Shown: piece after piece, positions 36,918 to 45,854 of the stretch | Layout: the number at the start of each line of letters is the position of its first letter | Numbering within the stretch: position 1 is the stretch's first letter | Virus record (IMG/VR): IMGVR_UViG_3300009703_004110 | Location: 1-64,000 of that record | Direction: 5' to 3' (one strand) | Length of the DNA: 64,000 bases | Translations under genes and position numbers: made by a program | Notes under the pieces: generated by a model | Database searches by the model: none | Told to the model about the DNA's origin: nothing | The model's input: only the letters and a program-made list of their open reading frames with translations

Positions 36918-38822
36918 TTAGTTCCGTGCCATTAGAGAGCTAACGTAACGTAGAAGCTGGTTGGCGCTTGCCGCTGTGTATCCATGCTTTTCGCATAAGA
37001 CTTCTACTACTCCATTAACTCTTTTTAGCTCATTAGCATCAGGGTTTCTAGAACTTACGGTCAATCTAATTACATCCTGTCTCTCATCAAAAAGCTGCTT
37101 CTCTAAAGCCTCACGGAGATGTGGGTGATCTTGGTAGCGATATTCGCCATGATTTTTGAGGGAGCGAAGCATTTTTCTATAGATCTCTTGGCGGAAAGAG
37201 GTTTTGCCATTTTCAGATATCTGAATCTTCTCCTCAACGGAGCGCATTAGTCTCTCATCTGGCTCAGCAGGATTGCCCCACTCATCTTCTAGCTCAGTTC
37301 CATCTAGGAAAGCCTCCACTTGCTCTAGGTAATTCTTCAGAAGATTGCCGATTTCCTGTTCGAAGTTAACAAAGAAAGCCTTCTGAACGTCGTTACGGGC
37401 CATCTTGTTGTACTCTTCAATAATTAGAACCAATAAGGCCTCCAGCCTTTCAGTTTCAGCTCTGTCAATCTTGGGATTAGATTCAAACCCGTCCCTCAAT
37501 GATCTTACGATATCGATTGGAGTAACGAAGGTCTTGCCGTTAGCCAGTTCGGATGAGATACGATTGATTACATATCTCGGTGAAATACCTGACATTCCTT
37601 CGCTAGCGAATTCGCCCTTGAACTTACCGCTCTCTGAAACAGTAAAGCCTTCTACTTCCTCACCGTTGTAAAGCCTCATTTTGTTCAGTAGGGTTAGTCC
37701 TTGATTTGAAGATGTCTTTAGGCGAGATAGAACCGCCAACATTGCGGCACACTTTAGGGTATGCGGTGCAAGATGCCTCTCTCCAAAGTTTGCCTGCGAG
37801 ATTAGCTTCTCATAAATCTTGACCTCTTCGTCAACCTGAAGATTATATGGAACTCTTACCACGATTGTTCTGTCATGAAGCGCTTCCATTTCATCTTTTG
37901 CCAAGAATCGGTTATATTCTGTCTCATTAGTGTGAGCTAAAATGAACTCGTCTGCATAAATTAATGGAAATCTTCCAGTCTTAATGTTCTTTTCTTGTGC
38001 TAAGGTTAGAAGAACATACAAGAACTTCTGATCAACCTTTAGCATCTCTACGAACTCCATCATTCCTCGGTTGGCTACATTTAACTCTCCGTCAAATCTG
38101 TAGGCTCTAGGGTCTGATTCTGCTCCATAAGTCCCAATAGTACTCAGATCTAATGAGCCAACTAATTCGGAGATATCTTGGCTCTTCTTATCTGATGGTA
38201 CAAAGGTTCCGATGCAAGCTCGGTCTAATTCTGAAATAAAGACTCTGCGCACTGGCATAGAGAGGAAGTCACCGTCATATTTCTCTTTCAGGTGCAATGC
38301 CATGAGCGGGCTCAATTGGCCTTGTATATTTACGCCGTATCGGTCTTTGAAAGTTTGTCGTAACTCGACTGGGATGGCCGTTAACGGATCTTCGTACATT
38401 GGTGAATCTTCTAAGGCGTAAAGTGCGCCGGCGTCTGTTTTGGAGTAGGCCTCCAATCCTCTTTTTAGCAAAATAGCCAACTGTGATTTACCCGATGATG
38501 TTGGTCCGTAAAGTAGTAATATTCTTCGGCCAACTTCACTCCCAGCCGCGGCAGCTCTAAGATAAGACATAATATGTTCAATTGGAACATCAATACCAAA
38601 CAAATCTTCTTCAAAGAAATTATAGCTGGTTATATTACCATCATCATCTTTTTCAACACCATGAGATTCAATCATCTCTAAAACTCTCTGGTGTGCGTTT
38701 TTATGAAGGCCTGGATTTTCAGTAATTAACTGAACATAATCCTTTAAAGTTCCTTCCCATGCTGTTACGTCGTTATGTTCGACGTGACTTTGCAATAATT
38801 CAAATAGTTCAGTCTCAGCCAT
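36918..38822 (-). CDS. prkA: PrkA/YeaG AAA+ serine kinase family protein
   Basis: LLYGPTSSGKS, SDPRAYRFDGELNVANRGMMEFVEMLK, GISPRYV; start at MAETE. Confidence 0.95.
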   Translation of the reverse strand: MAETELFELLQSHVEHNDVTAWEGTLKDYVQLITENPGLHKNAHQRVLEMIESHGVEKDDDGNITSYNFFEEDLFGIDVPIEHIMSYLRAAAAGSEVGRRILLLYGPTSSGKSQLAILLKRGLEAYSKTDAGALYALEDSPMYEDPLTAIPVELRQTFKDRYGVNIQGQLSPLMALHLKEKYDGDFLSMPVRRVFISELDRACIGTFVPSDKKSQDISELVGSLDLSTIGTYGAESDPRAYRFDGELNVANRGMMEFVEMLKVDQKFLYVLLTLAQEKNIKTGRFPLIYADEFILAHTNETEYNRFLAKDEMEALHDRTIVVRVPYNLQVDEEVKIYEKLISQANFGERHLAPHTLKCAAMLAVLSRLKTSSNQGLTLLNKMRLYNGEEVEGFTVSESGKFKGEFASEGMSGISPRYVINRISSELANGKTFVTPIDIVRSLRDGFESNPKIDRAETERLEALLVLIIEEYNKMARNDVQKAFFVNFEQEIGNLLKNYLEQVEAFLDGTELEDEWGNPAEPDERLMRSVEEKIQISENGKTSFRQEIYRKMLRSLKNHGEYRYQDHPHLREALEKQLFDERQDVIRLTVSSRNPDANELKRVNGVVEVLCEKHGYTAASANQLLRYVSSLMARN

Positions 38823-38823
38823 T

Positions 38824-39120
38824 CTATCTCCGATATTTGTATGGATTTGGCGTATCGCCATATATAGAGTCTATAGTGTTTTGGTTGCCAGCCTTTATTT
38901 TGTCTACAGTTTTTCTAACGCCTTCTTTGATTTCGTCGATTATCTCGGAAGAATCTTTGTCGACTTTATTGGAAATACTGCCTAGCTTATGAAATAGTAC
39001 CCCGTTCTCGCACTGCGAACACTCTTTTTTTTCTTTCTTCTTTTTCACGAACTCAGATATGGTCATGTTCTGAGTGCCTATAAAATCACATTCTGAGCAT
39101 CCAAAAGTATATTTAGGCAT
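38824..39120 (-). CDS. FmdB-like zinc ribbon protein
   Basis: MPKYTFGCSEC...CSQC. Confidence 0.8.
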   Translation of the reverse strand: MPKYTFGCSECDFIGTQNMTISEFVKKKKEKKECSQCENGVLFHKLGSISNKVDKDSSEIIDEIKEGVRKTVDKIKAGNQNTIDSIYGDTPNPYKYRR

Positions 39121-39301
39121 CGTCTTCTTCGTCCACAAAGATCATATCCGTACCCTCAACTTTTAGATTGCCAGATAGTGATAAATCCCTAAGTAATTGC
39201 TTTTTAAACTTTGGATCAGTAATTAAAATTGTTACCTCTAAATCCTTAGTATCAGGACGAAAAGATAAATTTTTAATTTTCCCAATAACTTTCTTCTTCA
39301 T
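39113..39301 (-). CDS. Hypothetical protein
   Basis: 62-aa ORF overlapping both neighbours. Confidence 0.65.
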   Translation of the reverse strand: MKKKVIGKIKNLSFRPDTKDLEVTILITDPKFKKQLLRDLSLSGNLKVEGTDMIFVDEEDDA

Positions 39302-39575
39302 TAAAAGCCTTCTCCAATGCTGCGATTATATCTTTGTGTTTTAGTCCAACTAAATACATTAAGTTATCGACTTCGTTCTTTGTTATCCTATTATACCCAA
39401 TTATTTTTGTTCTTGGTATGGAAATTCTTCCGATCAATTCAGTAATAAGCTCGGGTTGATCAAATTTAAACAGAGGCAATACCTCAACGTGACTTTTCTT
39501 ATTGGACAAAACGATTGCGATGAACTTAGTATCTTCAAGTTCGATGCTGACAAATTCGTGTTTATCAAACGTCAT
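39273..39575 (-). CDS. Hypothetical protein
   Basis: Start probably MTFDKH, overlapping the DnaB stop. Confidence 0.6.
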   Translation of the reverse strand: MTFDKHEFVSIELEDTKFIAIVLSNKKSHVEVLPLFKFDQPELITELIGRISIPRTKIIGYNRITKNEVDNLMYLVGLKHKDIIAALEKAFNEEESYWEN

Positions 39576-40923
39576 TTTCATCACCAATTTCTTCTGCCCA
39601 GTCATCAGGCACACTCAAAATTCTGGATTTTGTAAAGTCTTTAAGCAAAGAGAGCTTGCCCTTTTTGCCGTCCCTATTTTTAACAACATGGACCGCCATA
39701 TCCTCCCTAAGGTGCTCTTCATCTCGTTTTTCGATTAGCAAAACAATGTTGGCATTATCACCAATCATCTTAGAACGAGCCAAATCCTCCAGATCGTTGC
39801 CAGGGTCTTTTGCGTTCTTATTTCTTGCCTTCCTCTGTGATGCAGTAATTACTGGAACATCTTTTGCTCTCGCAAACTCAGCCATATTTTCAGCAATATA
39901 CCCTAGATCCAGCCAGTCAGAATTATTTATGCTGTTTGGCTTCATAATTCCAAGATAGTCTATGCACACTAGGTCTGGCTTGAATTCTGCTATAATAGTA
40001 TCATACCTGGCCTCTATATCTGTCATCTTTGAGCCACGAGGCATGTCACAGATGTATAGGGTCTTATCGTATTTACTCTGAAAGGTAAGCGTGCTTCTCC
40101 ATCTTTCTTTCTCTTGAGCAGTAAGCATTCCTCTAACAAGATGCTTATGTTCCATTCCAGATATGCAAGCGTCTATTCTCTGCTCGGTCTGTGCTTTGGA
40201 CATCTCTAAAGTGAAGTAAAGAATATTGGCGCCATCCTTTTTGACTGGGGCGCCATGCAGAGGGTTGTTAGTTCCCAGCCAAGCATTTATTCCTATATTT
40301 AGCATCAGCATTGACTTACCAGATGACGATGGTCCTGCAATAATCATTAGCTCTTGCTTTTTGATACCCCAAATATATTCGTCAACTTCGCGATAGCCTG
40401 TCAAGACACCAGAGACTTCTCCCGGATTTGCCTCAACATACTTATAAGCTTCCAGCCTATCTTTTGCGGAATCTGCGAAGTTTCCTTCTGCAAATACTGC
40501 GCTTCTTTTCATTCTTTCAATTTTGGCACCGATTCTCAAAACTTCAGTTTCAAAATCTTCAGCGTCAAATTCGTCTTCATCGACTGAAACAGATTCTGCC
40601 AAAGCTCTAGCTAAGAACGCTTGGTATCTTTTTTTGATTTCATCGACGTGAAATCCGACCTCTGCCTCTACACACGTAGATTCTCTAATGACTCCTATAA
40701 GTTCAATGTGATCAATATCATCTAATAAACTTTCTTCCATTAATTCGAAAGTAGGAGGAGACCTGTATCTTTTAAAATAATCTCTTACGGTCCTAGCAAT
40801 GGGCTTATAATTTGGCAACATTGCTTCGATCAATAAATTAGTATCGATCATTCTTGAGACTTGATTGAACTCAATCGGACCCTTCATCATATAATTGATG
40901 ACCTTTCTTTCTCTCAAGGACAT
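39565..40923 (-). CDS. dnaB: Replicative DnaB-like helicase
   Basis: GPSSSGKS, FTLEM, CIDYLGIM, TASQ, KNRDG. Confidence 0.93.
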   Translation of the reverse strand: MSLRERKVINYMMKGPIEFNQVSRMIDTNLLIEAMLPNYKPIARTVRDYFKRYRSPPTFELMEESLLDDIDHIELIGVIRESTCVEAEVGFHVDEIKKRYQAFLARALAESVSVDEDEFDAEDFETEVLRIGAKIERMKRSAVFAEGNFADSAKDRLEAYKYVEANPGEVSGVLTGYREVDEYIWGIKKQELMIIAGPSSSGKSMLMLNIGINAWLGTNNPLHGAPVKKDGANILYFTLEMSKAQTEQRIDACISGMEHKHLVRGMLTAQEKERWRSTLTFQSKYDKTLYICDMPRGSKMTDIEARYDTIIAEFKPDLVCIDYLGIMKPNSINNSDWLDLGYIAENMAEFARAKDVPVITASQRKARNKNAKDPGNDLEDLARSKMIGDNANIVLLIEKRDEEHLREDMAVHVVKNRDGKKGKLSLLKDFTKSRILSVPDDWAEEIGDENDV

Positions 40924-42401
40924 TTACTTTCTCCAGTTACATATGTGTACGGTTTATTTTTTATCCATAATCTCTGCCCGGCATCATAAATTTTTACCAG
41001 TCCCAACTCCTTAGCGTGCTCCTTTTGAGATATTTTTCTAATATCCATGTTTGCTCTACAGTGTAGCCTATTATATGTTTTATTTAAATCTGTCCACTTC
41101 CATCCTAATATATCATGAGAATGAATAAATCCAATTTGTTTCAAGAAGTTTCCAGTTCCGTATCTTAAATCAACCCAATAGTGTATTTCATTTATAGATT
41201 CCAAAGAACCCTCTAAATGTTTCAATAATTTAGAAAAACCGCCCATAACAATGTGATTATTTTTTGAGACCGTTCTTTCTATTTTTAAAATATTATTTGA
41301 GACTTTATAAGAAATCATCATAATTAACTTATCATTAATTTTAAGACCAATATGCCTCGCCTTAATCCTACCCATTAAATGATTTTCTGTTAGAAATTGA
41401 TCTGCATCTTTTTGATTTATAGTGCAAATATTAGTTTTTCTTCCGTGTATTTTTTTTGACTTAAATAACTGGTTGTTTATCATTGATTCTAAAATATCAA
41501 GTTTGTAATTTACTTCATCTTCTCTAAACTGTAATATTTTAAGACCAAGATCTTCATATGCTTTTCTCATATGAAAATGATAATATTTGTCATCTTTTAC
41601 TAACTCTGAATGCCAATATAGCCCATCAACATTTATTGCGAGTTTATTATTTAATTTAAAATCAGGTTTGTATCTAAGATTTGGATACCTCTCTAAATCA
41701 AAATATTTATTATGCAACTCTATAGATAACTTGTTTTTTAAAATATTTTCAATATTTGTAATACCTGGCTCATAAGTCTTTAAAAAATTAACAAACTCTT
41801 CTTTTGTATGATTCTTATGTGAATATATCCATCTATATACTATAATGTTTGTAATATTATATTCTTGCGCCCATTCATATGCAGTTTTTCCATACAATAT
41901 TGTATTTTTTCTGTCCTCTCTTTCTTTATAGGCCTTGCTTCTGAAATAACTTTTATGTCCATATTTATTTAATATAGTCTTATTTTTTTTATCTATAACT
42001 TCTTTTGTAGAATTAAAGTGCACTCCGCCATATTTTAAATTAGATATTTCAGCAATTCTCGATATTCTTGCTTCTTTTTCATCAGCTTGACTTCTTACAA
42101 TATTCCATTTCGATAATTTTTCGAATATCAAAGATCTATTTACGCCATATTCTTCCGCTATTTTAATAGGTAATTTCTTTAAAACTACGTATTCTTTATA
42201 AAGCTGCTTTTTTGTAATTTTAGATTTAGACGAACGCTTTTTATACTTAGTCAGCATAAACCTATCTTTATATCTAGACAATGTTGTTTTGCTATATCCA
42301 AACTCATCAGATATTTGCTTTATAGTTTTATTTTTTATTATATACTGTTCAAATAACCAATCTTTATTTTTGTATTTTTCTAAAGTCTTTTCCTGCGACA
42401 T
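40914..42401 (-). CDS. Free-standing homing endonuclease (HTH repeats + PD-(D/E)XK/Vsr-like nuclease + C-terminal domain)
   Basis: KPDF..LAINVDGLYWHSE, QFREDE, VDLRYGTG, IYDAGQ; wedged between the loader and helicase genes. Confidence 0.8.
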   Translation of the reverse strand: MSQEKTLEKYKNKDWLFEQYIIKNKTIKQISDEFGYSKTTLSRYKDRFMLTKYKKRSSKSKITKKQLYKEYVVLKKLPIKIAEEYGVNRSLIFEKLSKWNIVRSQADEKEARISRIAEISNLKYGGVHFNSTKEVIDKKNKTILNKYGHKSYFRSKAYKEREDRKNTILYGKTAYEWAQEYNITNIIVYRWIYSHKNHTKEEFVNFLKTYEPGITNIENILKNKLSIELHNKYFDLERYPNLRYKPDFKLNNKLAINVDGLYWHSELVKDDKYYHFHMRKAYEDLGLKILQFREDEVNYKLDILESMINNQLFKSKKIHGRKTNICTINQKDADQFLTENHLMGRIKARHIGLKINDKLIMMISYKVSNNILKIERTVSKNNHIVMGGFSKLLKHLEGSLESINEIHYWVDLRYGTGNFLKQIGFIHSHDILGWKWTDLNKTYNRLHCRANMDIRKISQKEHAKELGLVKIYDAGQRLWIKNKPYTYVTGESKCP

Positions 42402-43035
42402 ATAGCACCTTCATATATTTTGAGAATAATGACTCAGTAGTTCTAGAGAAGTCACCAGATAAAACTTTCGTAATATCTGGTGTATTAGAACAAATTATTG
42501 TAGGCATTCCATTTTGAAATCTATGTCTTAAAATAGACTCCATTGTTTGTCCAAATAAAGTTTCCGACCTCTCTGATGGAAATACCCATCGGGAATCATA
42601 TTCATCAATACATATAAAATCAATATTAGTAATTTCTTCAAAAAAATTCTTATGGTCATTTGATATGCTTAATCTTATTACTTCGTCCATATTGTAATAA
42701 TGTCCAGAAAAGCCACTCACGAGCGCTTTTTTAAGCATACAAGATGCGGCGTAAGTTTTTCCAGTACCAAGGTTTCCTACAAATGCAAAGGACTCTCCTC
42801 GTTCGTAAACTCCTTCTATATCTCGGATCTGGTCAACAACAAAGTTTCCAAAGTTTTTATCTCCTTGAAAGTCTTTAAACGCAAGCATCCAATAGTCGAC
42901 AGGTATGCCCGCCGTTGCGTACGCAGAAACTCTGCTTACTTTTCCGTGACACTTTCCGCACCCAGCGCCAGAGCAAGGACACTTTTCCTTGATCTTTTTC
43001 TTTATGAATTCAAGTTTATTCTTCGGAATCAACAC
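42364..43035 (-). CDS. DnaC/IstB-like AAA+ helicase loader
   Basis: CPC..GCGKC, GNLGTGKT, ICIDE, R..N..PTIICSN, GKDFR. Confidence 0.85.
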   Translation of the reverse strand: MLIPKNKLEFIKKKIKEKCPCSGAGCGKCHGKVSRVSAYATAGIPVDYWMLAFKDFQGDKNFGNFVVDQIRDIEGVYERGESFAFVGNLGTGKTYAASCMLKKALVSGFSGHYYNMDEVIRLSISNDHKNFFEEITNIDFICIDEYDSRWVFPSERSETLFGQTMESILRHRFQNGMPTIICSNTPDITKVLSGDFSRTTESLFSKYMKVLYVAGKDFRKIQK

Positions 43036-43459
43036 TCACCTCTATTTTTCCTGCGGGAGCGGCAAAAGAGACTGCAAACTCATCTACTGCATCACCTACG
43101 GAATCTCCATCCAATAAGTCTGCCGGAAGGATGCTGCCGTATTGATTGTCAGTACCAATGTCATTTGACTCTGTTGGCTCATAATCGCCGCGCTTCACAC
43201 TAACTCCAGAAGCCAATCTGCTTCTAGGAAAATGGTACGAGGGCGAGTCTTCGGTATCTCGTTGGGCTTCTGAATCTCTTACTGAAGGATCTATTCGAAT
43301 CATAGAAATTTTAGATTTCAGGACTATGAACACCGAGTTGTCCTTAGTGATTAGTCCCATTCTATCCTGCCTATCTAACTCTACTTTTCCATGAGCACTC
43401 CAGCCACCATCCGTATATACGGTGATAGTTTTTCCTTCTAAGTTTTTGATATCATTCAT
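43016..43459 (-). CDS. Sm/Hfq-like domain protein with acidic tail
   Basis: ITVYTDGG..HGKV (Sm1-like) and IVLKSKISMI (Sm2-like, cf. Hfq MVYKHAISTV). Confidence 0.5.
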   Translation of the reverse strand: MNDIKNLEGKTITVYTDGGWSAHGKVELDRQDRMGLITKDNSVFIVLKSKISMIRIDPSVRDSEAQRDTEDSPSYHFPRSRLASGVSVKRGDYEPTESNDIGTDNQYGSILPADLLDGDSVGDAVDEFAVSFAAPAGKIEVSVDSEE

Positions 43460-44055
43460 ATTAATTTAAGCTCCTGCGCTTTCGCAATTAATTTAGTTTC
43501 CGGAGCCGAGGCATCGAGTTTATACATTTCTATATATTTAGATATCATACCGAGATCGTTAATTCTTTCCAACTGGTGGCTATCTAGAACTTCTGGTATC
43601 TCGGTTTTGACCCACTCTAGAAGAGTCTCGATACCTGCTTTTTCATCGCTCTTTTTCTTATGTAGATCATACATAACTTCAAACTCGTTGAGCATATTGT
43701 GATTTAGAAAAATTCCAGTACCAGTTACGGTCTTGTTTCCATATCTAAACTTATAATCAAACATCCAGTTGACATAGTTATATATCTTCTGATTTACAAC
43801 ATGCCTTACTTCTTTCTTTCTGTCTGAATTAAGATTCTTGTAATCATCTGGTGCAAATAACTTAAATAATTTTGCAAAATCTTTACTTTCCTTGGTTAAG
43901 GCCGGATTGCTCTTCCAGCTTGCAGGAATAAAATTGACACCTGATCTTTTCTTGTACTTGTGAAAGAAATAAGCCATCAAAGTGAGGTGGTTCCACCTGG
44001 ACTTTTCTTGTGAGATCCAGTACTCTATTTGTTGGTAAAATTCATTTCTTGTCAT
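43456..44055 (-). CDS. Hypothetical protein at the head of the replication operon
   Basis: 199-aa ORF downstream of a TATAAT box. Confidence 0.75.
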   Translation of the reverse strand: MTRNEFYQQIEYWISQEKSRWNHLTLMAYFFHKYKKRSGVNFIPASWKSNPALTKESKDFAKLFKLFAPDDYKNLNSDRKKEVRHVVNQKIYNYVNWMFDYKFRYGNKTVTGTGIFLNHNMLNEFEVMYDLHKKKSDEKAGIETLLEWVKTEIPEVLDSHQLERINDLGMISKYIEMYKLDASAPETKLIAKAQELKLI

Positions 44056-44072
44056 GATTTCTCTCTTATACT

Positions 44073-44090
44073 ATTATACTGTAGTATAAT
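44073..44090. promoter_or_regulatory. Back-to-back TATAAT boxes between divergent genes
   Basis: ATTATACT-GT-AGTATAAT inverted repeat. Confidence 0.6.
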
Positions 44091-44114
44091 GATAGGTTCC
44101 AATAGGAGTTATAT

Positions 44115-45523
44115 ATGTTTGGACAACTTGATGCCCTATATTCTATATTGATAATCGAAGGCTTATATTCTGAAGCTTTAGATCTTTTATGCTTAGTCAA
44201 GGAAGCAGGAAGTTCAAAGATAATAAGTGATTATGAAGAAGGCGAAAGTATGGGGCGTAGTGGAGAAGGTCGTCAAAGTATGTCTCCGGAAAAAAGAGAG
44301 TTTCTTTGGGACCTAATAGAAGCTATTTTAACACATCTTGGAAAATCTCTCGATACAGTTAATGGTACTGACTTTGTTCCTTCTGGCCTTAAAGCTACTA
44401 GATATACTGCCATAGCAATAGACTTACTTCGTAACCCTGATATTAAAGCAGTCGCTGATCAATATAATTTTAATATGAATATAAAAATCATGTACATAAT
44501 GAAGGCTATTAGTTTTATTGCAATGGACATTGTTAAAAAAATGTATTTGAAAAATCCATCTATACCGCTTAAAGAGGCCAAAGAGAGACTTGCAGAGCGC
44601 GGATTTTTATACAGCACAATTACAGCTGTTCGTTTTCTTAAACTCGCGCCCGATTATCAAAATATATATTTGGTAGAACGTGACTTTGAAGATGCTTCAG
44701 AATCATTCTTACTTAGATATGCAGAGAAGCTTGCTGAGCAAGACCCAGAAGCTCCCGTAACAGCAAAAGAATAATTGATAGCTTTATTACTGAATTTCCA
44801 GAGCAACCAATAGATCCTGCAAATGCAATTCGTGCAGCAATTGTATATAAAAATAAGGCGAGTCAAAACTATGAGCCAATGATTTTATCGATTATTATGG
44901 AATCTCTAATTGGCGGCGATGGAAAAATAACTGCCGACAAACTAATGGAGCAATTTTATAAAAAGTATCCTAATGCCATTAAGAGACCAAAGACCTGGTT
45001 CAATGCATTTTTATCCGATCTTAAAAAACATTTTAAAACCTTTATTGCCGATATTATTATGCAGTTAATAGAAGAGGGCGTTTCAACTACCTCTATATCT
45101 TTATATTTATCTACCGCTTTAAACTATAATATTACACAAGCAAATGTTAGTCAAATATCTAAAAAGTTACTATCTGGTACGCCTCTTCATAAAAAGCCTC
45201 CAAAAACTGAGTTGCAAGATACAGTTAATTTTGAAAAAAGAAGAACCATGGAAGATGTGGATGCAAAACGAAATATTCTAAATCAAAGATTAAATAACTT
45301 ATACAATAATATGATTAATGAATATCAATCACCAACTACAAACCAGCCTAAAGACTTTGTTGAGATCTGGATAAAACGATATCAATATTACATTAATGAA
45401 GCAATAACTAATGTTGGATTACTTCCAGAACAAGCTGATGATTTGGTTTTAGAAATCATTGACAAAATTCGTGCTAAATTGCAAGCTATTGAATCGGCTC
45501 ATAGCCAATCTCAGGATGTTTAA
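44115..45523 (+). pseudogene. Leader-bearing protein split by an apparent -1 frameshift (ORFs 44115-44774 and 44879-45523)
   Basis: The second ORF's frame is open from 44738; adding one A at GCAAAAGA joins the two ORFs. Confidence 0.6.
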
Positions 45524-45548
45524 GCTCTGCATTTCATCTTACCTCACA

Positions 45549-45854
45549 TTATATCAGTCCAAGCTTCTTGATTAATTTCTGAGCGTCTTTTGAAACTTTT
45601 GCGTGTACTTTTGCCGGATCAAGAAACGGACCCTTAGAGCCCTCTCTGATGCGTATAACGTCCATCGCTAAAACATAAAATATATAATCAGTTCCAAGCA
45701 ATTTATACCTGCCTTTCCACTTTGGAGCCGCTCCATATCCGGCAGTTACATCTTTTAACCTAGTAAATAACTTCGAATCATTAATTGCTCTTTGAGCAAT
45801 GGATACTGAAGGCTTTCTTTGTCTGCGTCTCGCACCTGCGCCAAAAATACTCAT
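45549..45854 (-). CDS. Hypothetical basic protein
   Basis: 101-aa ORF ATGA-coupled to the helicase. Confidence 0.65.
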   Translation of the reverse strand: MSIFGAGARRRQRKPSVSIAQRAINDSKLFTRLKDVTAGYGAAPKWKGRYKLLGTDYIFYVLAMDVIRIREGSKGPFLDPAKVHAKVSKDAQKLIKKLGLI

